A stretch of 64,000 nucleotides of DNA from Promethearchaeota archaeon (GTDB lineage: Archaea > Asgardarchaeota > Lokiarchaeia > Sigyniarchaeales > SOKP01). This document shows, one piece after another, positions 21,221 to 30,746 of this stretch; within the stretch, counting starts at the first letter, position 1, and each line of letters begins with the position of its first letter. The stretch spans positions 1 through 64,000 of the forward strand of contig JBHLLT010000013.1 in NCBI GenBank assembly GCA_048938855.1. The letters are read 5' to 3'. The notes below the pieces were generated by a model. It did not search any database and was not told the origin of the DNA. It saw only the letters and a program-made list of their open reading frames with translations. Position numbers and translations under genes: made by a program.

Positions 21221-21499
21221 ATGGACAGCTCAATTGATAAAGATATTGAATATTTATCCATCTTAATTGTTCAAAGTGGAGATATAATAAGAATTAAAAC
21301 ATCTACAGAAAATTTGAGAAAAGAATTTTATGACATATATAGTTCAATGTTAAGGGATTTAAAGTTAAAACAAAAGTATGCATATCTTAGCAATGAAGAA
21401 GGTAAAATGATTGGTGATTTTGATCTTAACAAACCACTAGAAGAAATTTTACAGGAATTTGGCTCAAGATTGAAATTATATTATGAAAAAGTGATTTAA
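21221..21499 (+). CDS. Small hypothetical protein, possible Ufm1-like beta-grasp fold
   Basis: YAYLSNEEGKMI...LEEILQEFGSRLKL resembles the C-terminal half of Ufm1. Confidence 0.5.
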   Translation: MDSSIDKDIEYLSILIVQSGDIIRIKTSTENLRKEFYDIYSSMLRDLKLKQKYAYLSNEEGKMIGDFDLNKPLEEILQEFGSRLKLYYEKVI

Positions 21500-21510
21500 T
21501 TAGGTTCAGT

Positions 21511-23466
21511 TTACAATGTATACTCAGAAACAGGGATTATTAGATGACTTGGATATTCTTTAGTGTGATAGATCTTTTGTTCTGCAATAAGATAATCTCC
21601 GGGTTTACCCTCTCCCCCTAAATTAGAGTTAATATCGAATCTCGGAAAATTACTGGAAGTAATTTCTAATCTTATTCTATGTCTCTTCCTAAAATAGTTA
21701 GATGTATTCCCAAGCTCGATTTCATATTTGTATATTCTTCCTGGTTCAATAAGAGAAGGTTTATCATCACCATCTCTATATCTCGCACGAATTCCTGCAT
21801 CTAAAACATTTAGTGCTTTACCTCGAGGATATACATCAACTAATTTAACCATAAAATCTGTATCTTTAACTGAAGAAGAAGCATATAGTACCATCTTTAC
21901 TGGGCCCGTTAATTCCAATCCTTTCTTTAACGGTTTAGTTGTATATATTAAAACATCTTTTCTTTTTTCCGCATTTTTCTGATCTTGAGCTCCTTTTAAA
22001 ATTAGTAAATTCCTTCCTCCTTTCGTAATAACAGGATTCATTGGATTAAATATGTATTTATCCTCAGTTTCATGGTCAGACTCTATAAAATTTAAGATTC
22101 CATCTCCTTTTTTGCTATTTGCATTCCCACCGGAGTGGATATATAATTTTCGATAAATTATATTATTTGGTGGCCAATTTTCTGTATATCTCCACATATT
22201 TCTTCCTATTACCCAATATTTAATTGAAGGTTTACTTAAATCAGGGAACATATCTTTTTTATCCATTAACCAATATTTATTCCAATTAATATTTAGAAAA
22301 TCTCTAAAGAAAGCAAGCATTCCACCGTTCATAATTTTACTTTCAGGGTGTCCCGATGCTGCATGCGCCCATGAACCAATTTTTAATTTTGAACACTCTC
22401 TAACCTCTGCCATTGCGTTTTCTTTAATTTCTAGAAAGTCTTTTAATTGCTTTTCAAGAAACATATCCTGCCATCCAGCTACCATAAATACAGGTTGCGA
22501 TAATCTAGATACGTCCATCTCTAAAAATCCAGACATCTTGTATGTATCTTTGTCTAATCCTTGTGTAATTAAAAAATCATTTAAAAATTTGAAATAAACT
22601 GCATAACTTCGTTTAGAAGGATCGAAATTCTTAACATTATAATATGCAACCAAAAGATCTTGAATTTCATTAATCGATTTACCTTTTAACTGTGATAGGC
22701 TAATCCGACTTTTCTTCTTAATTGGATCATTGAATAAGGCATAATTCGGGTTTAAAAATCTCTCATACATTAGCTCTGTAAGTGTTTGCATTTGGGGTAT
22801 CTCTCGATGAGAAACGATATTTACCATTATTCTATATATGGACGTTGTAAGAGCATGAATTTGTAACCCTCCATTGTTTTTCCACAAATTCAAGCTTGAT
22901 GTTACTACTGGCGTTATACATGTTAAATATTTGTTATCCCAAGATAATGCTAGTTGAGTTATACCAAAATAGCTTGCACCTACCATACCAATTTTACCAT
23001 TATACCAATATTGTTTAGTAATCCATTCTAAAGTTTCTAATCCATCCTTCCTTTCAGTAAACAAATAATAATTAAAACCACTTGAATGACCTGTCCCTCT
23101 AATATCTTGTATTACTGTAACAAATCCATTAGCAGCATAACCATACCCTATAAAACTGAACATATCTTTCCAATAAGGTAATCTTATTAAAATAGTTGGA
23201 CATTTTCTCTTTCTCTCGAATATTTTTTTGGGGATATATATATCTGTAGCTAACTTAACTCCATCCTTTAGTTTAACAAAAGTTTCTGGATATCTTTTAA
23301 CTCCATTTTTTCCAAATCCTATTCCTAATATCAACCCTATTATCTTAGCAAAAGGAAGAGATCCATATTTAACTAGTTTTGTGATTATCTTCCATACAAA
23401 ATTAGGAAATCTTGGTCTTATTGGTACTTTCAAATAAGACAAGCTGGTAACGTGGTGTTCTCTCAT
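21511..23466 (-). CDS. CocE/NonD family serine hydrolase
   Basis: DGVKLATDIYIP, QDIRGTGHS, WYNGKIGMVGASYFG, GWQD, RLEITSSNFPRFD. Confidence 0.9.
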   Translation of the reverse strand: MREHHVTSLSYLKVPIRPRFPNFVWKIITKLVKYGSLPFAKIIGLILGIGFGKNGVKRYPETFVKLKDGVKLATDIYIPKKIFERKRKCPTILIRLPYWKDMFSFIGYGYAANGFVTVIQDIRGTGHSSGFNYYLFTERKDGLETLEWITKQYWYNGKIGMVGASYFGITQLALSWDNKYLTCITPVVTSSLNLWKNNGGLQIHALTTSIYRIMVNIVSHREIPQMQTLTELMYERFLNPNYALFNDPIKKKSRISLSQLKGKSINEIQDLLVAYYNVKNFDPSKRSYAVYFKFLNDFLITQGLDKDTYKMSGFLEMDVSRLSQPVFMVAGWQDMFLEKQLKDFLEIKENAMAEVRECSKLKIGSWAHAASGHPESKIMNGGMLAFFRDFLNINWNKYWLMDKKDMFPDLSKPSIKYWVIGRNMWRYTENWPPNNIIYRKLYIHSGGNANSKKGDGILNFIESDHETEDKYIFNPMNPVITKGGRNLLILKGAQDQKNAEKRKDVLIYTTKPLKKGLELTGPVKMVLYASSSVKDTDFMVKLVDVYPRGKALNVLDAGIRARYRDGDDKPSLIEPGRIYKYEIELGNTSNYFRKRHRIRLEITSSNFPRFDINSNLGGEGKPGDYLIAEQKIYHTKEYPSHLIIPVSEYTL

Positions 23467-23516
23467 TATTTTTAAAAAATTTTACTACCATATAAAGTTA
23501 TTAAAACTAAAAATAG

Positions 23517-23619
23517 CAGGCCCGGGGGGATTTGAACCCCCGATCTTCGCCTTAGGAGGGCGCTGCAAAATATTGCTTGCAATATGCTAACAATCTTATC
23601 CAGTCTGGGCCACGGGCCT
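23517..23619 (-). tRNA. tRNA-Arg(CCU) with a 28-nt intron at non-canonical position 23/24; CCA not encoded
   Basis: Acceptor stem AGGCCCG/CGGGCCT plus G73; anticodon loop CT-CCT-AA; T arm GGGGG-TTCAAAT-CCCCC; 75 nt after intron removal. Confidence 0.93.
23567..23594 (-). other. BHB intron in the D-arm of tRNA-Arg
   Basis: Outer helix CUG/CAG, central helix GAUA/UAUU, bulges AG|A and UU|G, inner helix UUGUU/AGCAA; removal restores the D-stem GCCC/AGGC. Confidence 0.88.
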
Positions 23620-23845
23620 ACTTTCAAATTATTGCTATATAATCATATAAAAGCACTATATAATAAAAAGTTAAATGAATGAGTAATTTATACTTGCTCC
23701 TATAGATAATTTTATCATTGGGTTTTATGTGGGTATGTATGTATAAAACTATAAAAAGTATAGAAAGGTTTTAATTAGCTGACTATTTAAATCTAATTAT
23801 AAATAGTTTTTTATGAATAATTTTTTTTTAACGAGTTTTTGAAAT

Positions 23846-24109
23846 ATGGAAAGAAGAACTTCAAATCGTCCGATAGATTATTTAAAGTCATCAATTAATG
23901 AAATAATTCTTATTAAAGTGAAGCGTAACCGCCTTTTCAGAGGTCGTCTTGGCGGGTTTGACGAACACTTGAACCTATATCTTGAGGAAACGAGCCAAAT
24001 TTTTGAATATCAAGATGATGAAGGTAACATTCGGGAAGAACATGAAAACCTCGGTTCAATAGTAGTACGTGGGGACAACGTGATATTTGTGAACCTAGCC
24101 CATCTATAG
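23846..24109 (+). CDS. Sm-like (Lsm/SmAP) RNA-binding protein
   Basis: RPIDYL, FRGRLGGFDEHLNLYL (Sm1), GSIVVRGDNVIFV (Sm2). Confidence 0.93.
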   Translation: MERRTSNRPIDYLKSSINEIILIKVKRNRLFRGRLGGFDEHLNLYLEETSQIFEYQDDEGNIREEHENLGSIVVRGDNVIFVNLAHL

Positions 24110-24271
24110 AGGATCTTAAGCAGAATTTTTTACTTTTTAAATCATCTCTAAGTTCAGAAGGATATATTTACTTGCAATTATCTTTTTAAATTACGAATAT
24201 TTTGTAAGTAATAATTAATTTGTTTGAAATATATAAAATAATTAGTTTTAACATTTGAGTATTTTATAAAA

Positions 24272-26326
24272 TTGAATTCACAAAAAGAAGAAACTAAGGA
24301 CAGATTAAATCTAATTCATCCAAATTTGGGTCAACCGTCTATTTTAAAAATAGACCGTAAATTAAAAAAGAGAAAACTTCAAACGGATTTATATTTTATT
24401 AGTTCTGAATCGGATCCCCAAGTTTTAAGAGAATACCTTTCAAATCAAATATCTATTGTGCCTTTATTTGACTACAAATGGTCATATAGATTAATTTTTA
24501 AAAGAAAAAAACGGGGGGTATTCTCAAAATTAAAGGAAAGATTATTTTTTAGAAAGAAGAAGAAAGTCCTCGAAGAAGAATTGAAGTCATCATTAGAAGG
24601 AGATCTTAATTTAGAACAATTGAAGAAATTAAAGGCTCGCTTACATAGAGGAGATCCAATTTACACCAAAATTATAGAGCTTGAAAATTATTCTGTATCT
24701 GGAATTCAAGATGCATTAAATGTTGAACAATTCTCACCTCAAGAAATTCTAAAAAAAAATCAAGTATATGGCATATTAGATAAATACTGGAAAGTTATTA
24801 TTAAATTTACTCTTAATAAGGAAGTACTTAAGTTTCTAAAGAGACGAAATTTTGTAATGTTTGATATAAACTACCTGGATAATCGAATAAATTATCATTC
24901 ATTAGTAGTTTCAAAACAAAAATGGAGAGATTTTACATTTATTCACGCTACTGATTTACACCTAGCAGAAAGAAATGATAGGCTTTATGAGCTTATTAAA
25001 AAATGGACAGAATCTTCAATAGTAGAAAATGTTGAAGGTTTTTTTGAAACAGTAAAGAAAAAATTGAAACTTACGAAGGAAAAACCAAATCAAGAAAAAA
25101 TATTATCTGAGATTAAAATACCGTTGAGAAAGCGCTTAATTAATTCAAATAATCAATTTCGTATATTTATTAAATTAATGAATCGTAAAGTACTAAGGAA
25201 TGAACTTGATTTCATTGTAATTACAGGAGATCTTGTAGATTATACTATACTGAGTAAATTAGTTGCAAAAATTGATAAATTGAATGAATTCAATTATGAG
25301 GATAGTAATTGGATGATTTTTAAGAACATTGTTCTTAATACTCCTTTAAAAGAAAAGTATAAAGGAGTTTTGAGAGGTGAAGAATTAAATTGTCCAATTT
25401 TTACCACAATAGGAAACCATGATTTTCGACCATTCCCATATGATATCACATGGGGTGAAATGTACAGAAAGATTGGTTTGAATGCCTCTGAGGCAATTGC
25501 TCTAAATCAGTTATTTTCTGCTTCCCCTATTAGTGCTATAACAAAAAGTTCATTAGCCCTGAAAGGGTATATTTCTGAAATTAATTCGTCAACAGATTTT
25601 TCTATTAAACTGGGTAATAATTTGTTCATTATTTTAAATACCGGGTCAGATTCTTTTAAAAATCTTAAGGATTTCATAACTGGACATCCTTCTGTTACGG
25701 GAGTTTCTGTTAAACAAATAAAATATTTAGAAAACCTCATTAACAATCAAATTGATGGAATTACTAATACTTATTTATTTTTACACGGTCCTCCATTGAA
25801 TGCAGAGGGCAAAAAATATAGTATAAATTTATTCGAAAAAAAGGGAAGTCGATTCATAAAGAAGAAGATAAGTGAATTTCGGGAATCATTGATGATAAAA
25901 AAAGGAGAACCCTTATCCAATGCACGCATCGATGGAATATTTAATGTTAAATATGGGTGTGTTTCATCTAATTGGGAAAAACTTGTCGAATTTTGCAAGA
26001 ATTACACGATTTTAACTTTATCCGGTCATACCCATGAAAACCGTGAATTTAGATTAGATGATCCAGGGCTTAAAAGATCAAGTGTTTATGATGCACCCCC
26101 ATTTAAACTAAAAAAAATAGAAAATCCCGCAGCAATTTATTATGATAAATATTCTGAGATGTATGATAATCCAGAAAGGATAAGTCAGAATGGTCCATTT
26201 GTAGTACAAACCCCTGCTTTAGGACTTGGAAGCTATAGGAACCCAAATACAGCAGGAGGTTACAGGGAACTAGTTGTTAAAGATGGTAAACTATCTTCAT
26301 TTAAAGTTAACTATATTGACCGTTAA
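24272..26326 (+). CDS. Calcineurin-like metallophosphoesterase with a long basic N-terminal extension
   Basis: TDLH, TGDLVD, GNHD, FLHGPP, SGHTH. Confidence 0.85.
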   Translation: MNSQKEETKDRLNLIHPNLGQPSILKIDRKLKKRKLQTDLYFISSESDPQVLREYLSNQISIVPLFDYKWSYRLIFKRKKRGVFSKLKERLFFRKKKKVLEEELKSSLEGDLNLEQLKKLKARLHRGDPIYTKIIELENYSVSGIQDALNVEQFSPQEILKKNQVYGILDKYWKVIIKFTLNKEVLKFLKRRNFVMFDINYLDNRINYHSLVVSKQKWRDFTFIHATDLHLAERNDRLYELIKKWTESSIVENVEGFFETVKKKLKLTKEKPNQEKILSEIKIPLRKRLINSNNQFRIFIKLMNRKVLRNELDFIVITGDLVDYTILSKLVAKIDKLNEFNYEDSNWMIFKNIVLNTPLKEKYKGVLRGEELNCPIFTTIGNHDFRPFPYDITWGEMYRKIGLNASEAIALNQLFSASPISAITKSSLALKGYISEINSSTDFSIKLGNNLFIILNTGSDSFKNLKDFITGHPSVTGVSVKQIKYLENLINNQIDGITNTYLFLHGPPLNAEGKKYSINLFEKKGSRFIKKKISEFRESLMIKKGEPLSNARIDGIFNVKYGCVSSNWEKLVEFCKNYTILTLSGHTHENREFRLDDPGLKRSSVYDAPPFKLKKIENPAAIYYDKYSEMYDNPERISQNGPFVVQTPALGLGSYRNPNTAGGYRELVVKDGKLSSFKVNYIDR

Positions 26327-26618
26327 TAGAATAAATCACTTATATTTTGGCTTATTCTAATACTTTTGAATAAAATTTTCGAATTGCACTTTGTACTTTA
26401 GATATAAAAATATCCATTTTATAGTATTTAGATCTTTGATTGATCAATAAAATCTAGGTTTTGAATATAAAACAATATTGAATAAAACAAGATATATTTA
26501 AATTTCATTAAAAACAAGGATTCTTTTACTTTGTATCAAACAAAACTCCACACATAATTTATTAAACTGGAAAGGATTATATATCAGAAATTAGATAATC
26601 TTTAAGTAAACTTAGAGT

Positions 26619-28037
26619 GTGTTTTTCTTGTTTATCAAAAATGCTTCTGAAATCCTTAAAAAAAACATACCAGAGATTCATAAAAATTTCAGAAGAATAG
26701 GCCTCCAAGCAATTTCAAGAGCGATATCTGCAGTAACACCAAAAAATTTAATCGATAAATCGGTAAGACTCCTTGGAAATAATTTATATATATTTAATGA
26801 TGAATATGATTTGCAAAAATACCAGAAGATTCACATCATCGGAGGAGGTAAAGCAGCTGCTGAAATGGCATTTACTTTTGAAAGGATTTTACAAAAAGCG
26901 AACTTTATTAAATATAATGGTATTATAAATGTACCGTTGGGTATTGAAAAGCAAAAAAGTAAAATTAAAATTAATTTTGCATCTCATCCAATTCCAAATG
27001 AAAATGGAATTAAGGGCACTTCCGCTATGATGAAAATTATAGAGGAATCAAATGCCAATGATCTTTTTATATGTTTAATTTCAGGGGGAGGATCTGCTTT
27101 ACTACCATTACCGAAAATAGGGCTTTCCCTAAATGATTTGCAAGGAACAAATTCTTTACTTTTATCATCAGGAGCATCCATTCATGAGATCAACACTATA
27201 AGAAAGCATTTATCAGATTTTAAAGGAGGAAATCTAGTTAAAAAATTATATGATACAAGCGGTGCTCCTCTGATTTCTTTAATAATATCTGATGTTGTAG
27301 GAGATAATTTAGATTCAATAGCTTCTGGCCCTACTGTACCGGATGGAACTTCCTTTAAAGATGCTATGGAAATTATTAAAAATTACAATCTCTTGGAAAA
27401 AGTCCCAAAATCAGTAAAACAACATTTAATAGAAGGACTTTCTGATCCCTCATTAGAAAACCCTAAGCCTAATAACTCATGTTTTACAAATGTTCGTAAT
27501 TACCTAATTGGAAGTGTAAGATATGCCGTTGAAGAAATCGAATCTTTCTTAAGATATGAAGGATTTGAAGTTAATTATTTTTCTAATACTATAATTGGCG
27601 AAGCAAGGAAATTTGGAGTATCCCTATATGAAATTATTTCTAATGAAATTAAAAAAAAAATTGACTCTGGGATCTATGAAAAAATCGCTTTAATTGGAAC
27701 TGGTGAATTAACTGTTACAATCAGAGGAAATGGAATTGGGGGAAGAAACCAAGAAATGCTATTAAGTTTTTTAAATTATATCAAAGAAAAAAAATTATAC
27801 TATAACCTTTTAATTATTGGTGTAAATCTCGATGGGATTGAAGGGAATAGTAAAGCAATGGGGGCTTTAATTGATAATTATGTATTTGAACAAATGATTT
27901 TGAAGAAAATCAATCCAGAAGAATACCTTCAAGATAATGATTCAAATAGTTTTTTTAAGAAGCTAAAATCGGAAATAATAAGTGGGCCAACGGGCTGTAA
28001 TGTGAATGATTTACTCTTAATTCTGATCTCAAGATAA
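26619..28037 (+). CDS. Glycerate 2-kinase (MOFRL family)
   Basis: IGGGKAA, SHPIP, LISGGGSAL, IISDVVGD, IASGPT, GGRNQE, DGIEG, GPTGCNVND. Confidence 0.92.
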   Translation: MFFLFIKNASEILKKNIPEIHKNFRRIGLQAISRAISAVTPKNLIDKSVRLLGNNLYIFNDEYDLQKYQKIHIIGGGKAAAEMAFTFERILQKANFIKYNGIINVPLGIEKQKSKIKINFASHPIPNENGIKGTSAMMKIIEESNANDLFICLISGGGSALLPLPKIGLSLNDLQGTNSLLLSSGASIHEINTIRKHLSDFKGGNLVKKLYDTSGAPLISLIISDVVGDNLDSIASGPTVPDGTSFKDAMEIIKNYNLLEKVPKSVKQHLIEGLSDPSLENPKPNNSCFTNVRNYLIGSVRYAVEEIESFLRYEGFEVNYFSNTIIGEARKFGVSLYEIISNEIKKKIDSGIYEKIALIGTGELTVTIRGNGIGGRNQEMLLSFLNYIKEKKLYYNLLIIGVNLDGIEGNSKAMGALIDNYVFEQMILKKINPEEYLQDNDSNSFFKKLKSEIISGPTGCNVNDLLLILISR

Positions 28038-28073
28038 ATTTAAATATATAATTATATACTAAAATTATCGAAG

Positions 28074-28223
28074 ATGATTAATGTTATAGTCTGCCCCTTA
28101 TGTGGTTTTAGTTTTAGATATCCAAATGCTAAAACCAACAAGAAAAAAATTAAATGTCCTATGTGTGGATTTGAGTTTGAACATCCTCACATTTCTAATT
28201 TTACTCCACGGGAATTTAACTAG
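28074..28223 (+). CDS. 49-aa zinc-ribbon protein (below the ORF-track cut-off)
   Basis: Hand translation: MINVIVCPLCGFSFRYPNAKTNKKKIKCPMCGFEFEHPHISNFTPREFN*, with two CPxCG knuckles. Confidence 0.75.
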   Translation: MINVIVCPLCGFSFRYPNAKTNKKKIKCPMCGFEFEHPHISNFTPREFN

Positions 28224-28421
28224 TGAATTATGCTATCAATAGTAGAATTGGAGTGAAGAAATTAGATTCATATATAATTCAATAAAACCCCTCCATGTAA
28301 CCCTATTTCCTATATTGATAAATTTTTTAAAGATTGTCGTTGAAAATAGATCACCGATTAATTTTTATTAATTGATAAATAATTTGCAATTTAATACAAA
28401 ACAAAATCATGGTGTAATATA

Positions 28422-30614
28422 ATGGCTAAAGATAAGAAAAAGAAACCAACAGCGCGAACACCACGAATGGGCTTTGATAAATCAGAAGCGGAAGAAGAAC
28501 TCGTAGCTGAAGCTTTGAAACGAAAGGATATGGATACAGGAAGGGTGGAATTAATAGACAGAGATACTTCCACGCCCATTATCGAAACATATGATAAAGA
28601 TACTGGAAAACTTGAGGGTAGCATAGTTTTGAAGGATGGTAATAGAGAAGGATTACTTGCTTTAGTAAAGATAATCGAAACAGTAGAAGTAGAACAGGAT
28701 CATGATGCTAACATCAATTCATTTAAACATAGTGGAAAATTCAATATTGAAAATCCTAGTACTGCTGATAGATTATGGGATATTGATGTTTCTCTTGAAA
28801 ATATTGGAAGTACCGATTTGAAATCAAAAGATATTTCAATAAGAGAATTAGGAACCGGTTCTCCAGAAAACATTAACTCAAGAGATTTTAAAATAACGAA
28901 AGATATAAAAAATTTGTTAATTGTCAAGGAATTTATAAGTACACTTCCAAATGCTGATGATGTTCTAAACATCAATGATATTGAAAAAGAACTCTTAAAA
29001 TTGAAAGATAAAACGGGAGAAGTCTCATCAAAACCACCATCAAGACCATCATCAAAACCACCATCAAAACCAAATACAAAAGAGGAAGAAGAAGAAGAGG
29101 AGGAAGAAGAAGAAGAGGAGGAAGAAGAGGAAGAAGGTGAAACTTGGGGTGATGGAGGAACCCTTGTAGAAACAGGTTTAGAGTCTTTCGGAATTTCCAT
29201 TGATCGAGATAATGTAGTTACTTTTGCTATAGCATTAAGAAGCATGTTTGATAAACCAGTCTCAAACATTAAAGTTGTTAAAAATATTCCTAATGATTAT
29301 ACAAATCCAATAATCAAAGATACTACCGAAGGAAGGGCTGAAATTGAGGGTGATAAAATAATCTGGACAATTGATAAATTAGCTCCAGAATATACCATAA
29401 TGTGTAAATTCACATGCAATATTATGGTAACAGATATTACTAAAAGAAAAACAGGAACAATAGAAGTTACCTATCAAGCGACATCCTCCTATGCTGAAGG
29501 CCTAGCGATAGAAAAATTTGATGCTTACACAAGAAATAAGTTTTATGTAGATACCGTCGAAAGAGACGAGGAACCAGGTATTTTTGATTGTAAACTTGTT
29601 TTTGACAATTCATCCGAGTTTATTATACAACTCTTCAATGCAGATGTCTATTCCCCGGAAGATGAGTCAAAAAAATTTGTAGATATCGATCCTAATGATG
29701 TTCCAATGTTACCTAGTGGTGCACAATGGCATTCGATAAAATGGCAATATGAGAGTGATGAATATCCAACATTTAGAAAGAAGTTGGAGTTCAGAGTAAT
29801 GCCAGATTTTCAAACAATTGTTAATGGAACCATGTCTCTCTCAGATGTTATACTCGAGATTGGAAGTATTACAGGTGTAATGTCATATAATTTAACTGAA
29901 GTACCAACCTATCGAGCAAAAGATGTTATTGCCACTCTTAAAATGGTTAATAATGGTTCAGCACCACTTGATGAGGTTACAGTAATTCAACAATATTTTA
30001 CTGATGAATATGCACCGCCAAAAGCAGATGAGATTAAATTATTATGGGATGGAGAAGAAGTTGAGGTTTCTGCTGGAGCTGTAAGTTTCGAAGATAAGGC
30101 TTTCAAAATTGATCTAAAAGATCTGAAGAACAGTAGTACTGGAATGTTTAAACCTGATTCTACTTTAACATTTGAATATCCTATTCATTGTGTAAATCCT
30201 GCACGTGAATCCACTTTTGAGTCTGAAATAATCTATTTAGCAAATACTTATCCAGTAAGTCAAGAATTAGAATTTAAGCCAGAAGTTCCTGTAATCGAGG
30301 CAATGCATATCAGACGTAAATTCAGAATTGGAAAGGAAGTTCTTCCAATTGGAGAACTAGGAAATTATAGAATCATTTTAACTCTTGAAAACATTGGGGA
30401 ATCTAAATTGCACAATTTAATCTTATTAGACAAAGTCCCAGATCTTTTTGAATATGGTTCTTATTCTATGACTCCTGAGATAACAGATGAGGTTGGCGAG
30501 GATACATTGAAATGGGATATTGAGCTTTTAGACGTGGGAGAAAAGTTAGAAATCACTTATGAGATAACGGGAAAAGGAAAATTTTCTCCTTCAGATGCCC
30601 AGTTAGCGCTTTAA
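28422..30614 (+). CDS. Beta-rich protein with a mu-homology-domain-like region and C-terminal Ig-like beta-sandwiches
   Basis: LVKIIETVEVEQDHDANINSFKHSGKFNIEN; IALRSMFDKPVSNIKVVKNIPNDYTNPIIKDTTEGRAEIEGDKIIWTIDKL; IEVTY...EGLAIEKF; these follow the AP-mu/delta-COP MHD pattern; no signal peptide. Confidence 0.6.
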   Translation: MAKDKKKKPTARTPRMGFDKSEAEEELVAEALKRKDMDTGRVELIDRDTSTPIIETYDKDTGKLEGSIVLKDGNREGLLALVKIIETVEVEQDHDANINSFKHSGKFNIENPSTADRLWDIDVSLENIGSTDLKSKDISIRELGTGSPENINSRDFKITKDIKNLLIVKEFISTLPNADDVLNINDIEKELLKLKDKTGEVSSKPPSRPSSKPPSKPNTKEEEEEEEEEEEEEEEEEEGETWGDGGTLVETGLESFGISIDRDNVVTFAIALRSMFDKPVSNIKVVKNIPNDYTNPIIKDTTEGRAEIEGDKIIWTIDKLAPEYTIMCKFTCNIMVTDITKRKTGTIEVTYQATSSYAEGLAIEKFDAYTRNKFYVDTVERDEEPGIFDCKLVFDNSSEFIIQLFNADVYSPEDESKKFVDIDPNDVPMLPSGAQWHSIKWQYESDEYPTFRKKLEFRVMPDFQTIVNGTMSLSDVILEIGSITGVMSYNLTEVPTYRAKDVIATLKMVNNGSAPLDEVTVIQQYFTDEYAPPKADEIKLLWDGEEVEVSAGAVSFEDKAFKIDLKDLKNSSTGMFKPDSTLTFEYPIHCVNPARESTFESEIIYLANTYPVSQELEFKPEVPVIEAMHIRRKFRIGKEVLPIGELGNYRIILTLENIGESKLHNLILLDKVPDLFEYGSYSMTPEITDEVGEDTLKWDIELLDVGEKLEITYEITGKGKFSPSDAQLAL
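29025..29135 (+). repeat. In-gene low-complexity tract: imperfect 12-bp (SKPP) repeats followed by 18 Glu codons
   Basis: tcaaaaccacca-like units x4; gag/gaa run at 29082..29135. Confidence 0.9.
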
Positions 30615-30746
30615 TTTTAATAAAGTATTTTATTTTTTTTATTTTTTATATTTAAAATAATAGTTTAATAACGTTAGGAGTAATTATTAAATGAAGAAAT
30701 AACGAAGTTTAATTTAATTACTACTTTTAATAAGTCTTGAGAAATA

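Noticed and set aside
28700-29269. 189-aa antisense ORF with poly-Ser, and the other short antisense ORFs in the track (e.g. 13879..14235, 19728..20024, 46104..46472, 56543..56944)
   Set aside because: Shadows of well-supported genes on the opposite strand; the poly-Ser is simply the complement of the poly-Glu tract.
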